Source: a virus
Direction: 5' to 3' (one strand)
DNA length: 64,000 nt
IMG/VR virus record: IMGVR_UViG_3300013102_000030
Span: 1 to 64,000 of that record
Position numbers and translations under genes: made by a program. Every line of letters starts with the position of its first letter. Within the stretch, counting starts at the first letter, position 1. This document shows positions 1 to 8,941 of the stretch, one piece after another. A model generated the notes under the pieces. The model was not told where the DNA came from. It worked only from the letters and a program-made list of their open reading frames with translations, and did not search any database.

Positions 1-48
1 CGGCTGGGAACTCTGTCTCAGGCCAAGCGGTTGCTGGAACGCGGCTAA

Positions 49-91
49 GAAACTTTTGTAAGTTGCGGTGCCGCTCGGACTCTGATAGAGT
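49..91 (+). promoter_or_regulatory. Promoter with inverted box abutting -35
   Basis: GAAACTTTTGTAAG then TTGCGG-17-TAGAGT. Confidence 0.75.
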
Positions 92-124
92 TTGAGTATC
101 AACAGCGATTCCGTAGGAGGAACC

Positions 125-463
125 ATGGCAGTCACACGTTTGTGGGAAGTCGAGAAGAAGGACCGTCGCAAGTTTCAGGGAGCGTACCGACGCGGCTGGA
201 ACTACTCGGACAACACCGACATCCCGAACCATCAGGGACTGGACGGGAACCCGGACTCCGGTATCCTGTACTGGGGCTGGGAGGATGGCTATCTGGACCG
301 TGCCGCTGACCGTGAGTACGGGCACATGATGCAGGAGCACGACCACAACAACCCGGACGAATGCCAAGCCGTAGAAGATCGGCTGCATGCCGCTTGGCTG
401 GCTACCGTGGAGAAGACTCCCGTCGCTCGTCAGGAAGTCGTAGGCGAGTTCAAAGATAAGTAA
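125..463 (+). CDS. hypothetical early protein
   Basis: ORF 92..463; SD AGGAGG before ATG125. Confidence 0.8.
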   Translation: MAVTRLWEVEKKDRRKFQGAYRRGWNYSDNTDIPNHQGLDGNPDSGILYWGWEDGYLDRAADREYGHMMQEHDHNNPDECQAVEDRLHAAWLATVEKTPVARQEVVGEFKDK

Positions 464-512
464 AAGTTGTAAGGGCTGGCCGGTTGACGGCTGGCCCTTA
501 CTGCTATAGACT
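462..512 (+). promoter_or_regulatory. Cassette element (degenerate box, hairpin, promoter)
   Basis: TAAGGGCTGGCCG/CGGCTGGCCCTTA stem; TTGACG-17-TAGACT. Confidence 0.85.
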
Positions 513-541
513 TTGAATACCGAACCAACTAGGAGGAAATC

Positions 542-772
542 ATGTTCAAGAAAATCCTGACCACCACACACCACAACGGTGTGACCACCGAGGATGTTGT
601 GGAGACCGTTGGCCCTGATCATGTCGAAGCGGACATTGCCGCAGAGATTCGGAACCTGCGTCCGATGACGCGGACGTACGGAAGGATTGCTCACGTGGAG
701 AAGACCATGACCACGTTGGTCATCGTCTACACGTCCGGTACCGTGGAGATCTTCCGGTGGGTGGCTGAATAA
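542..772 (+). CDS. hypothetical early protein
   Basis: ORF with AGGAGG SD after promoter. Confidence 0.8.
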   Translation: MFKKILTTTHHNGVTTEDVVETVGPDHVEADIAAEIRNLRPMTRTYGRIAHVEKTMTTLVIVYTSGTVEIFRWVAE

Positions 773-993
773 TGTCAGCACTGAAGCGCATGGTGGCGCG
801 GCTCGATGGCCGGAACAAGCGCACGTCTGCCGGATTCGTTACCACTACAGCGGAACTGGCGAAGATCCTGCCGGAACTCTCCAAGCTGGTATCCGTGTCC
901 GTCATCGAGAAGGAGCGGTATCCGTATCCGGTTGCCAATGAGATCGACATCGAAATCAAATTCAGCTTGACACTGGAGCGGGACAAGCTGTAA
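772..993 (+). CDS. hypothetical protein
   Basis: TAATG stop/start coupling. Confidence 0.7.
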   Translation: MSALKRMVARLDGRNKRTSAGFVTTTAELAKILPELSKLVSVSVIEKERYPYPVANEIDIEIKFSLTLERDKL

Positions 994-996
994 GCT
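963..996 (+). promoter_or_regulatory. Hairpin promoter without box, inside 3' end of upstream gene
   Basis: CAGCTTG/CAAGCTG stem; TTGACA-18-TAAGCT. Confidence 0.7.
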
Positions 997-1030
997 GGTT
1001 CTACCAACAACAACCGTCCTAGGAGGACAA

Positions 1031-1366
1031 ATGCCGCAGACTCTGAATGACATCATCGATCTCTCCATCCAGCCGGAGCTTGACTTCAGCAAGATTGAGG
1101 CGTACGGTTGTCGTATGGCGGGATGCCAGACCGATGGCATCACCATCAACCGCGCAACGGAGTACGTTCTCCGGATCGGTGGTTACCAGCGGAGGGTTTA
1201 CAACTGGGAGCAGTCCGGTGGCAACTCCCGGATGTACGTCAAGACGGGTTGGGGAGAGCGTTCTTTCCTCCCGGAGGAAGCTGTTACGCTTCTGACCTAC
1301 GGCAAGCCGGAGTACGGTACGCTGAAACTCGTGGCACATTCCGTGCAGGTTGCGGATGCCGCTTAG
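1031..1366 (+). CDS. hypothetical early protein
   Basis: ORF; GTCCTAGGAGGAC SD. Confidence 0.8.
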   Translation: MPQTLNDIIDLSIQPELDFSKIEAYGCRMAGCQTDGITINRATEYVLRIGGYQRRVYNWEQSGGNSRMYVKTGWGERSFLPEEAVTLLTYGKPEYGTLKLVAHSVQVADAA

Positions 1367-1378
1367 CTCTGATACTGT
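1350..1378 (+). promoter_or_regulatory. Promoter
   Basis: TTGCGG-17-TACTGT, similar to 63-91. Confidence 0.6.
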
Positions 1379-1405
1379 TTGACTACCAACAACACAGGAG
1401 GAACC

Positions 1406-1693
1406 ATGAGCCAGTCGCACGAAACGATCGAACTGAACATCGAGACCATCCTCACTCTGGACGACCAGAACGAGCCGCAGGCCATCACCGTTTCCGGTAC
1501 CGGGAACATCCCGCGTTCGGCAGTCCGTGCCATTGCGGAGGAAGCGCTGGAGTCCTTCACCGGAAAGGTCTTGCACGAGTACCGTGTGCAGATGTCTCCC
1601 GTTGAGGAATCGGAAGAGGGAACCGTCTTCGAGATCTACAAGAAGCTGACTTTCGGAACCCGTCCACGGGCACCAATGAGCGCTGCGGAGTAG
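1406..1693 (+). CDS. hypothetical early protein
   Basis: ORF 1379..1693; AGGAGG before ATG1406. Confidence 0.8.
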   Translation: MSQSHETIELNIETILTLDDQNEPQAITVSGTGNIPRSAVRAIAEEALESFTGKVLHEYRVQMSPVEESEEGTVFEIYKKLTFGTRPRAPMSAAE

Positions 1694-1701
1694 CTGCCGC
1701 A

Positions 1702-1758
1702 GTTACAAAACTTTCAAAAGGGATCGGGCTTGCGGCTCGGTCCCTTTTGCTGTAGTCT
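1702..1758 (+). promoter_or_regulatory. Cassette element
   Basis: GTTACAAAACTTTC; 15-bp stem; TTGCGG-17-TAGTCT. Confidence 0.9.
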
Positions 1759-1788
1759 TTGATTACCAACAACGGCTAGGAGGCCACC

Positions 1789-2073
1789 GTGAGCGACAAC
1801 TACAACATCAAGATCCAGCGCAAAGACGGCTTTACCCTTCAGGCAGTCCAGAACGTGAGCATCAACACAGCGTGGCGTATCCTGCCGTGGCTCATTGAGG
1901 ATCTGGTTATGCGCGGTGAGGGTAGCGATCCGTCTGCAACCTTGGAGCACATTGCATGCCGTGATGCGGTACGCGATCACTTTGTCCAGCATCCGCACAT
2001 CTGGTTCAACCAGTTGGCAGATACCGGATACGTCTCCCTGTTTGACCTGAGCATCACCATGGACCACAGCTAG
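1789..2073 (+). CDS. hypothetical early protein
   Basis: GTG start with AGGAGG. Confidence 0.8.
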   Translation: MSDNYNIKIQRKDGFTLQAVQNVSINTAWRILPWLIEDLVMRGEGSDPSATLEHIACRDAVRDHFVQHPHIWFNQLADTGYVSLFDLSITMDHS

Positions 2074-2129
2074 TTACAAAACTTTCCTACGGGAGGGAAG
2101 TTGCATCTACGGCTTCCCTCCTGTAGTCT
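2073..2129 (+). promoter_or_regulatory. Cassette element
   Basis: box fused to TAG stop; hairpin; TTGCAT-17-TAGTCT. Confidence 0.9.
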
Positions 2130-2164
2130 TTGATAACCAACCCAAACCGTCCTAGGAGGACAGC

Positions 2165-2668
2165 ATGACCACCTTTTCAGATGACAGCAGCGTTGACGAG
2201 CAGATCGAAAACGTGTACGCACAGGCTACGGATCTCTTCGATCCGGGCACGGTTCTGGACATCGACAACGACGAGTACGCTCGCGGTGTGGTGGAGTTGG
2301 TGACTCGGCTCCTTGGCATGGATGACAAGGAAGATGTTGCGGACATCATCACGGAAAAGCTCAAGCGTCCTGTACCGGAAGACAAGGACATCACGTGGAC
2401 GGATCTTGAACTCCGTCCTAACGGAGAGTTCTACATCGAGCGGCTGAAGGCTTCCACGTCGGAATACTGGCCGTTCCGCGTGGAGCGGTACGATGACATG
2501 GGAGCATGGCGCTTGATCGATGGCACATCGGATGTGCCGATGGCGATCATCCGTCCCGGAACTCAGCACGAATCGTGGCGCGTTACCGTCAACGGCTACG
2601 CGCAGGTCAAGCCGTTTACCAACCTCAAGGCTGCTGTGATCTACGCAGTCGGAGAGTTCAACGGCTGA
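2165..2668 (+). CDS. hypothetical early protein
   Basis: ORF with SD. Confidence 0.8.
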   Translation: MTTFSDDSSVDEQIENVYAQATDLFDPGTVLDIDNDEYARGVVELVTRLLGMDDKEDVADIITEKLKRPVPEDKDITWTDLELRPNGEFYIERLKASTSEYWPFRVERYDDMGAWRLIDGTSDVPMAIIRPGTQHESWRVTVNGYAQVKPFTNLKAAVIYAVGEFNG

Positions 2669-2724
2669 TTACAAAACTTTCTTACAGGGCAGGAGTTGCA
2701 ACAGCGGCTCCTGTCCTGTAGTCT
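2669..2724 (+). promoter_or_regulatory. Cassette element
   Basis: box after TGA; 17-bp stem; TTGCAA-17-TAGTCT. Confidence 0.9.
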
Positions 2725-2755
2725 TTGAGTACCAACCAAGCCGTAGGAGGCAACA

Positions 2756-3226
2756 GTGAAAGACTTTGACATCCGCCGCAAGTTCGTAGGAACCACCGCA
2801 GACGGTGAGCGCGTTTACTTGGATGCTCGCCTTATCTCCTTCACGGGAAGCGAGACCCAGACGGTGGACCACGTGAAGATCACGGAAGGTCAGCGGTTCA
2901 GCATCTCCGGACAGTGTGGACCGGAAGCCACCGGATCGTTTGGGCAGATCGTGGACGATGTCCGCAGGATCACCAAACCGGCAGAGGGTTTGAAGCTGTC
3001 GGATCTCGCGGATCTCGTGGAGATCTGGGAGACCTACCACCTGAACGACATGAAAGCTCTCTGTGAGCATCAGACAGTCAAATGGGAGTACAGCCGTGGT
3101 TACAAGAGCATGGATCTCGCTGGGATCGGTCCTTGCCCTGTCACTGGTTACCGTCCCGGCTCGCTGTGGCTTTACAAGCCGGTTCCGGATTCGGTACTCG
3201 CTCGCGTGCTGGAGATCCTGAGCTAG
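2756..3226 (+). CDS. hypothetical early protein (HLNDM..C.HQ / CP..GY..G motifs, possibly metal-binding)
   Basis: GTG start with SD; Cys/His motifs. Confidence 0.8.
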   Translation: MKDFDIRRKFVGTTADGERVYLDARLISFTGSETQTVDHVKITEGQRFSISGQCGPEATGSFGQIVDDVRRITKPAEGLKLSDLADLVEIWETYHLNDMKALCEHQTVKWEYSRGYKSMDLAGIGPCPVTGYRPGSLWLYKPVPDSVLARVLEILS

Positions 3227-3280
3227 TTACTAAAGTTTCTTAGGAGCGGAGTTGCAATAGCGGCTCCGCTCCTATAGACT
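3226..3280 (+). promoter_or_regulatory. Cassette element
   Basis: GTTACTAAAGTTTC; hairpin; TTGCAA-17-TAGACT. Confidence 0.9.
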
Positions 3281-3308
3281 TTGAGAACCAACCGAACAGG
3301 AGGCCACA

Positions 3309-3524
3309 ATGGCTAAGTTTGTAACCACGATTCCCAACACTCCCTTTCAGCAGCGGATGGCACGCGGCCACCGAATCCGCAACGGGCACGAGTTGGCAGC
3401 GTTGCATGTCAGCGACGATGGGATTCTGTGGCACAAGGTTCGCACGTGCTGTGGTGAGCAGATCCCGGAAACCGTAGAGACGTGGGAGCAGCACACTCCT
3501 ACTCCGGATCGTCCGCAGTTGTAA
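3309..3524 (+). CDS. hypothetical early protein
   Basis: ORF with SD. Confidence 0.75.
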   Translation: MAKFVTTIPNTPFQQRMARGHRIRNGHELAALHVSDDGILWHKVRTCCGEQIPETVETWEQHTPTPDRPQL

Positions 3525-3572
3525 AAGTTTCTTAGGGTAGGAGTTGCAACCGTGACTCCTACCCTGTAAGCT
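3518..3572 (+). promoter_or_regulatory. Cassette element
   Basis: GTTGTAAAAGTTTC containing the stop; hairpin; TTGCAA-17-TAAGCT. Confidence 0.9.
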
Positions 3573-3602
3573 GGTTCTACCAACAAAGCCTAGGAGGGCA
3601 AG

Positions 3603-4073
3603 ATGTCACGGTTTGAAACCGAAGAGGGACGGATCGAAGCAGCTAAGGAAGCTGGACGGAACGTCGCACGGCATGAGATCAAGGATGGCTACGATGAGCC
3701 GCGCAACTGGGATCGGGACGGAGTCCACAACGCGGGAGCGTTTAGCCACCTGTCAGCGGTTGGATTCTCCCGGCTGGGATCTCGGATGTACTCCCAAACC
3801 TTCATCGATGCATACAAGCATGAGTTTGAAAGCCTCTCCAAGGATGTCCCGGAGATCTCCGGAGAGGACGCGCTCGCAACGCTGGAAGGCATGCTAGCGG
3901 CAGAGATCCGCAACGCTGACCAGCTTTCTTACAAGCTCGCAAAAGAGCGAGAGGAATACAAGAAAGATCCGTCGGCGGATACAAAAGCCATCCGCGACAT
4001 GACAGAGATCCGCTACAACAAGGCGGTTCTGAAGAAGCAGGCGCTGAATTTCGCCATTCAGCAGATCCGCTAG
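3603..4073 (+). CDS. hypothetical early protein, helical C-terminus
   Basis: ORF with SD. Confidence 0.8.
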   Translation: MSRFETEEGRIEAAKEAGRNVARHEIKDGYDEPRNWDRDGVHNAGAFSHLSAVGFSRLGSRMYSQTFIDAYKHEFESLSKDVPEISGEDALATLEGMLAAEIRNADQLSYKLAKEREEYKKDPSADTKAIRDMTEIRYNKAVLKKQALNFAIQQIR

Positions 4074-4075
4074 CA

Positions 4076-4132
4076 GTTACAAAACTTTCTTTTAGGAGCG
4101 GAGTTGCATCCGTGACTCCGCTCCTATAGTCT
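4076..4132 (+). promoter_or_regulatory. Cassette element
   Basis: box; hairpin; TTGCAT-17-TAGTCT. Confidence 0.9.
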
Positions 4133-4177
4133 TTACTTATCGGAGCAACCGGCTCCCCTTAGTCCTAGGAGGACAAA

Positions 4178-4501
4178 ATGTCTGAACTCGCTCACCTTCT
4201 CGCTGGTTCCGTTTCGGATGCCAAGGTCACTGAAGCACCAGCCCAGCGGAGCGCAACAGGCTACGGTAGGAAGCTTCCTACTCCCTACATGGTTCGGATC
4301 TCCAACCGCTGGCACCGCGTTTACGTGATGAACTACGGCAACGCTGGTTCTTCCTACGTCGTGATCAACGGCAAAGAGCATTTCCTCTCTCCCGGAGCGG
4401 AGTTGATCGTTGAGACGGTTCGGGACGGCGGAACCGCTCAGGATGCCATCCAGCAGCTTCAGGCATGGCCGGACATCTTCCGTATGGAGGAAGGTCTCTA
4501 A
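4178..4501 (+). CDS. hypothetical early protein (GYG.KLPT.YMV...W.RVY motif)
   Basis: ORF with SD. Confidence 0.8.
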   Translation: MSELAHLLAGSVSDAKVTEAPAQRSATGYGRKLPTPYMVRISNRWHRVYVMNYGNAGSSYVVINGKEHFLSPGAELIVETVRDGGTAQDAIQQLQAWPDIFRMEEGL

Positions 4502-4503
4502 GA

Positions 4504-4559
4504 CTTACAAAAGTTTCCTACCGTAGGGAGTTGCATCCCGTAGCTCCCTACGGTACGCT
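4504..4559 (+). promoter_or_regulatory. Cassette element
   Basis: CTTACAAAAGTTTC; 16-bp stem; TTGCAT-17-TACGCT. Confidence 0.9.
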
Positions 4560-4596
4560 TGATTCATCAGCACAACGAAAGACTTTAGGAGTCGAA

Positions 4597-4839
4597 ATGA
4601 ACAAGAAGACCGCTAGCATCGTCCTTGCAGAGGTTCAGAACTTCGTGGGAGTTACGGAAGGATATTCCGCTCCGCAACTCATGGACAACGACCATGAGGG
4701 ACTTTCGGAAGGTTCATGGTCCATCTGCTTTGAAGGTGGCGGAAACGTGGAGGATTGGGCGCTTCACTTCCGGACAAAGGTTCCCGGAGTTTTCGTTGAA
4801 CCGATCAGTAGCTGCATTCTTGGAGTGCATGACGCGTAG
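4597..4839 (+). CDS. hypothetical early protein
   Basis: within ORF 4465..4839; AGGAG before ATG4597. Confidence 0.8.
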   Translation: MNKKTASIVLAEVQNFVGVTEGYSAPQLMDNDHEGLSEGSWSICFEGGGNVEDWALHFRTKVPGVFVEPISSCILGVHDA

Positions 4840-4848
4840 TCGATGTTT

Positions 4849-4890
4849 TCTGGTTCTGGGATTGACAACCGATCCCAGAGCCGGGATGCT
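4849..4890 (+). promoter_or_regulatory. Hairpin promoter, box degenerate
   Basis: CTGGTTCTGGGAT/ATCCCAGAGCCGG stem; TTGACA-17-GATGCT. Confidence 0.75.
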
Positions 4891-4924
4891 TTTACTACCA
4901 CAAAGCTAGTCCTAGGAGGACACA

Positions 4925-5269
4925 ATGACTGTAGTTCACACTCGCAAGGTTCACGCTGTGAAGCAGGTTCCTTACTCCAACCGGTACGATGTGGAGATGG
5001 TTGGAGGTCCGCTGAACTTCCCGCAGGTTGTTTCTGATGTGGAGGTTTTCAGCAAGTACGTAGGCGGTGGCCGGAGCGTGTGCACAATCCGAGTTCCCAT
5101 GAAAAAGCTTCAGGGAGTCCCGGACTTTCCGTCTCTGACCTCCCGGCAAATGGACGGGATCGCAAAGCGGATCGATGGCCGGTACCGTCTCCAGTACTCC
5201 CAGAGTGGCACGGATTCGGTAGGCCAGCCGGTTTACCTGCGTTCCTACGCATTCAACGCAAACGACTAG
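4925..5269 (+). CDS. hypothetical early protein
   Basis: ORF with SD. Confidence 0.8.
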   Translation: MTVVHTRKVHAVKQVPYSNRYDVEMVGGPLNFPQVVSDVEVFSKYVGGGRSVCTIRVPMKKLQGVPDFPSLTSRQMDGIAKRIDGRYRLQYSQSGTDSVGQPVYLRSYAFNAND

Positions 5270-5280
5270 GAGATCCAGCC

Positions 5281-5550
5281 ATGAGAGCAGAACTCAAGAC
5301 GCGCACGGACACGGTAAAGACTCCCGTAGGGAACGTGCAAGTCAGGCGGTACAGCGCACGCGGTAGCCTCCGTGGAGTCTTCCTAGAGGGCAGGGAGCTA
5401 GGCGAGATCCAAGGGCAAGGGAGGTTTGTCCTAGTCAAGCCGCACAGACGCTACGGGCAGCAGTGGAGGGCAGCTAGCTACGCTGAAGGCATCCGGCAGC
5501 TAGTCAACATTGACGCTCTGGACCATGGGAAAGACAAGGTCTTTCCGTAG
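5281..5550 (+). CDS. hypothetical basic protein
   Basis: within ORF 5080..5550; AGGAG before ATG5281. Confidence 0.75.
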   Translation: MRAELKTRTDTVKTPVGNVQVRRYSARGSLRGVFLEGRELGEIQGQGRFVLVKPHRRYGQQWRAASYAEGIRQLVNIDALDHGKDKVFP

Positions 5551-5605
5551 TTACAAAACTTTCTTAGGAGTAGGGAGTTGCAAAAGCTCCCTACTCTGAT
5601 AGTCT
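5550..5605 (+). promoter_or_regulatory. Cassette element
   Basis: box fused to TAG; hairpin; TTGCAA-16-TAGTCT. Confidence 0.88.
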
Positions 5606-5653
5606 TTACTTATCGCGGTTCGACCGGAGCCGCTGAAGTCCTAGGAGGACACA

Positions 5654-6034
5654 ATGACTGATCACGGATTCATCTCCCTTGGCAAGTTCTCATCCGCACG
5701 GGATTCGATCCTTCACTGGTTGGCAGGTGTGGAGTGGTGCAATGCATCCTCCGGACACGTTGAGGCTCCTACGGGATGGTTTGCCAAGATCTCTTTTCTT
5801 CCGGCAGAGATCCACATCCCAAACACTGAAATCACTTCCGTTCTGGAAGAATGGTTTCAGGATAATCCGGAGGTTACGGACTCTCCGGAACTCCGGAAGG
5901 AACTGGAGGGTTTTTTCATCGTCCGGGAGAACGAACAGGGTTTCGTGTCCGTGGAAGTGTTCCCTACGGAGGCAGCTATGAATGTTGCCTACGGAGCGTT
6001 GGAGGATGCTTTCTCTGAATGGGACGGCGAATAG
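5654..6034 (+). CDS. hypothetical acidic early protein
   Basis: ORF with SD. Confidence 0.8.
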   Translation: MTDHGFISLGKFSSARDSILHWLAGVEWCNASSGHVEAPTGWFAKISFLPAEIHIPNTEITSVLEEWFQDNPEVTDSPELRKELEGFFIVRENEQGFVSVEVFPTEAAMNVAYGALEDAFSEWDGE

Positions 6035-6090
6035 TTACAAAACTTTCTTACCGGCTGGGAATTGCAAGAGCGGTTCCCAGCCTGTAAGGT
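6034..6090 (+). promoter_or_regulatory. Cassette element
   Basis: box fused to TAG; hairpin; TTGCAA-17-TAAGGT. Confidence 0.9.
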
Positions 6091-6126
6091 AGGAACTACC
6101 AACAACCGATGTTCCTAGGAGGAACG

Positions 6127-6477
6127 ATGTACCAGCCGCGTACGCAGTCCAGCAAGTTTCGCAATGAGGATTGCCCTGCTGATGTTCTAGCCATCTATGA
6201 CAACGGCGGAAAGTCCTTTGATCGGTTCACAGTCTTCTATAAGCCTGTTGAGCCTCTGAAGGATCTTAGGGGATGGATTGGCTATCGTGGGATGTCAGAG
6301 CGTCCCAGCAGTCCGCAGGGTTTCGGCATCTATGATGAGATGGAAGCCTACAAGGTAGCACAGTACCGGAACAGGGTTTACCGGGAATCCTTCCAATGGT
6401 CAAAGCTTCCGGAGGAAGTGAAGAGCGTAGTTCGCGCCGATTGTGCGGACATCGTGGAAGCTCGCAAGCAGAAGTAA
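6127..6477 (+). CDS. hypothetical early protein (YDNGG.S.DR.TV...PQGFG motif)
   Basis: ORF 6109..6477; SD before ATG6127. Confidence 0.8.
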   Translation: MYQPRTQSSKFRNEDCPADVLAIYDNGGKSFDRFTVFYKPVEPLKDLRGWIGYRGMSERPSSPQGFGIYDEMEAYKVAQYRNRVYRESFQWSKLPEEVKSVVRADCADIVEARKQK

Positions 6478-6484
6478 GCATTTC

Positions 6485-6512
6485 GGAAGGGGAGCAAACC
6501 GGCTCCCCTTCC
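6485..6512 (+). other. Intergenic hairpin without promoter
   Basis: GGAAGGGGAGC/GCTCCCCTTCC. Confidence 0.6.
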
Positions 6513-6539
6513 TCCCTAACAAGTCCTGAGGAGGACAAA

Positions 6540-6749
6540 ATGGATTACTGGATCAATAAGCGCGGTTTCTCTCTGGTTGGCACTACGGAAGCCGGAGTCT
6601 TTCTAGCTCGGAAGGAACGGGAACGGAAGTTCCTGCTAGTCCGTGAAGACTGGTTCACGGGAGAGCTTCGGCAGTTTACTCCCATAGTCCGAACGGAAGC
6701 GGAAGCGCTTTCCTACCTGTCCAACTCTTCTACCCTTGCAACCGCTTAG
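6540..6749 (+). CDS. hypothetical protein
   Basis: within ORF 6396..6749; GAGGAGG before ATG6540. Confidence 0.75.
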   Translation: MDYWINKRGFSLVGTTEAGVFLARKERERKFLLVREDWFTGELRQFTPIVRTEAEALSYLSNSSTLATA

Positions 6750-6758
6750 GAGCCTGCT

Positions 6759-7052
6759 GTGAAGTCTGTAATAACCTCTCTGGAGCCGAACCGCGAAGAC
6801 GCTACGTTGGGTCTCACTCCCTACGCTGTGACCATCAAAGGATCTCCGGAACCACGCGTCAAGATCGTGGAATCGCGGGACATCACAACGGGCAAGGCTA
6901 CGGTGCGAATCATAGCCATGGCAGCGGCTGGGATGCCTGTCCTAGCGCTTCCCACGCTGGACCAGATCGCTAGGCGGATCTTGCCCGGAGCACGCGTTAC
7001 AGCGCGGCTGCATGGCTCCGCAGCGTTTACTAGGGTTTACGCAGCGGACTAG
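6759..7052 (+). CDS. hypothetical protein
   Basis: GTG start with AGGAG. Confidence 0.75.
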   Translation: MKSVITSLEPNREDATLGLTPYAVTIKGSPEPRVKIVESRDITTGKATVRIIAMAAAGMPVLALPTLDQIARRILPGARVTARLHGSAAFTRVYAAD

Positions 7053-7062
7053 ATCCACAGGA

Positions 7063-7119
7063 CTTACAAAAGTTTCATAACTTCAGGAGTTGCGCCTAAC
7101 GGTGTGACTCCTGTAGTCT
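7063..7119 (+). promoter_or_regulatory. Cassette element
   Basis: box; hairpin; TTGCGC-18-TAGTCT. Confidence 0.88.
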
Positions 7120-7163
7120 TTCTATATCGGTTCAAGGGGAACCGCAGAGCTTAGGAGTTACAA

Positions 7164-7475
7164 ATGTTCGGACACGTTCAGACCACGTTCAATCGCTCGG
7201 AAGTTGAAACGCTGTGCGAGAAGCTGACAGCGGCAGCGGTAGCGCTGGAAATGCTGGCAGAGGATGACAAGATCCTGTTTCATCCCGGATCTACCACCAA
7301 CGGACATGCTCCGGCTTTGAGCGTCTTCAACGCTAACGCGGAAGGTCACCGGAAGGTTGTACGCGTTGATTGGCTCCCTGATTTCAAGATCGGAGACAGC
7401 CGGAACACTGTTGGCCGGATCTTGTCCCCTCTCGTCGTTGGCATGACTGCGGCAGCGGACTTCCTGAATCCGTAG
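7164..7475 (+). CDS. hypothetical early protein
   Basis: ORF with SD. Confidence 0.8.
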   Translation: MFGHVQTTFNRSEVETLCEKLTAAAVALEMLAEDDKILFHPGSTTNGHAPALSVFNANAEGHRKVVRVDWLPDFKIGDSRNTVGRILSPLVVGMTAAADFLNP

Positions 7476-7531
7476 TTACAAAACTTTCCCAGTGTGGCGG
7501 ATTAGGAAATAGTCCGCCACACTGGTAACGT
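7475..7531 (+). promoter_or_regulatory. Cassette element
   Basis: box fused to TAG; 16-bp stem; TAGGAA-17-TAACGT. Confidence 0.85.
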
Positions 7532-7569
7532 AGTACTTACCAAACCGCTTGAAGTTCCTAGGAGGAACA

Positions 7570-7947
7570 ATGAAACTGCATTCCGACAAACTGACCACCG
7601 CTGAAATCCGCGCATGCTTGGAGCGTGCCATTGCTAAGGGCAGGGTTTCGCGTCTGGTGGACTTCTCCGAATTGGCAGAGCGTGGGAGCCGTACGCGTGC
7701 TAACGCGTGGGAGATCCGGCTTGAATGGCTGGGAACGAAAGAAAAGGGAGATGGCCGGAAGTGGACTAACTCCGGTACGCGTGGCAGCGGAGAGGCTGCA
7801 AGCGGTGGCTACGCTGCATTCTGGGATGAGTGGGGCTGGTTCATCTGGGAACTGTACGCGGTAGACTCCGAATTGGTATTCGGACACTACAAAACCGAAA
7901 CGGAGTTTCACGAGATGACTCGTTTCAAGTTCGCGGTGGCTGAGTAG
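7570..7947 (+). CDS. hypothetical early protein
   Basis: ORF 7549..7947; SD before ATG7570. Confidence 0.8.
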   Translation: MKLHSDKLTTAEIRACLERAIAKGRVSRLVDFSELAERGSRTRANAWEIRLEWLGTKEKGDGRKWTNSGTRGSGEAASGGYAAFWDEWGWFIWELYAVDSELVFGHYKTETEFHEMTRFKFAVAE

Positions 7948-8003
7948 TTACAAAACTTTGTTACGGGAGCGGAGTTGCTTAGGTGGCTCCGCTCCTGTAG
8001 TCT
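7947..8003 (+). promoter_or_regulatory. Cassette element
   Basis: box fused to TAG; hairpin; TTGCTT-17-TAGTCT. Confidence 0.9.
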
Positions 8004-8050
8004 TTCTATATCGGTTCAGAGGGAACCGAAAAGCTGACTTAGGAGTCACA

Positions 8051-8458
8051 ATGTCTGAAGGTAAGCAGGTCACAGCGGAAAACCTCAACTCTGTAATGGA
8101 GTTTGATCACGTGCTGCACATTGCTAACGGGATCGCTGAGGATGTCGCGGAATCCTTCTACTTTGAGGTTACCCAGTTCAAACTGGAAGATGGCCGCTGG
8201 GAAACCGAATACATCCTTCCTGAAGGCTGGCAGGTCATGCGTGGCTACACAGGGCAGCATGGCTACAATGGTCCGGACATGCATAACTCTGAGTTCATCG
8301 GCGGTGGCATGGCTAGGGACATTCTGGAGGCTCCCGGCCTGTATGTTGCCCTTGCCATCTCCGCTAGCTGTGGAGGCTTGGAAGATGGCTGTGCAGAAGA
8401 TGACTGCACCTGTGAGGGTGAGGGTTGGGTAGTAGCTTACAAGCTTGACGGCGAGTAG
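8051..8458 (+). CDS. hypothetical early protein (GYTGQ.GY.G..MH.SEFIGG motif)
   Basis: ORF 7958..8458; AGGAG before ATG8051. Confidence 0.8.
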   Translation: MSEGKQVTAENLNSVMEFDHVLHIANGIAEDVAESFYFEVTQFKLEDGRWETEYILPEGWQVMRGYTGQHGYNGPDMHNSEFIGGGMARDILEAPGLYVALAISASCGGLEDGCAEDDCTCEGEGWVVAYKLDGE

Positions 8459-8516
8459 TTACAAAAGTTTCTTAGGAAGGTCCGGAGTTGTAATGACTCC
8501 GGATCTCCTATAGTCT
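8458..8516 (+). promoter_or_regulatory. Cassette element
   Basis: box fused to TAG; hairpin; TTGTAA-17-TAGTCT. Confidence 0.9.
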
Positions 8517-8553
8517 TTACTTATCGGAACAATCCGCTAACTTAGGAGTCAAG

Positions 8554-8886
8554 ATGACTTACGAAATTACCACGTTTGAGCAGTACAACCCTTTCTCCCG
8601 TGTGGCTGATCGTAGCGTGCTGGTGATCGCTGATGAGCACGTGCGTAACTTCCTCTCTCACCTTCCGGAGGAAGCGCAGGAGATCATCCTAGAGGAAGCG
8701 GAGTGCAACGGTGGCACGCGTTTTGTGGGCAAGGATGGCAAGTACAACCACATCAAAAAGCGGATCTCATACGCGGATCTCCGGACTCCTACGGCAGCGG
8801 AGGAAGACGCAGAGTTTGAGGCTCGCCGGATGGCTGTAGAAGACCGGGAAGACCGGGAAGCGTTGCGCGGACGCTGCGGCGACTAA
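8554..8886 (+). CDS. hypothetical early protein
   Basis: ORF with SD. Confidence 0.8.
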   Translation: MTYEITTFEQYNPFSRVADRSVLVIADEHVRNFLSHLPEEAQEIILEEAECNGGTRFVGKDGKYNHIKKRISYADLRTPTAAEEDAEFEARRMAVEDREDREALRGRCGD

Positions 8887-8941
8887 TTACAAAACTTTGT
8901 TACGGCTGGGAGTTGCGCGGATGGCTCCCAGCCTGTAAGTT
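8887..8941 (+). promoter_or_regulatory. Cassette element
   Basis: box after TAA; hairpin; TTGCGC-17-TAAGTT. Confidence 0.9.

Noticed and set aside
92-8050. Long N-terminal extensions in the ORF track (starts 92, 1379, 4465, 5080, 6109, 6396, 7549, 7958)
   Set aside because: They run through promoter elements or upstream genes; clear SDs mark downstream starts.
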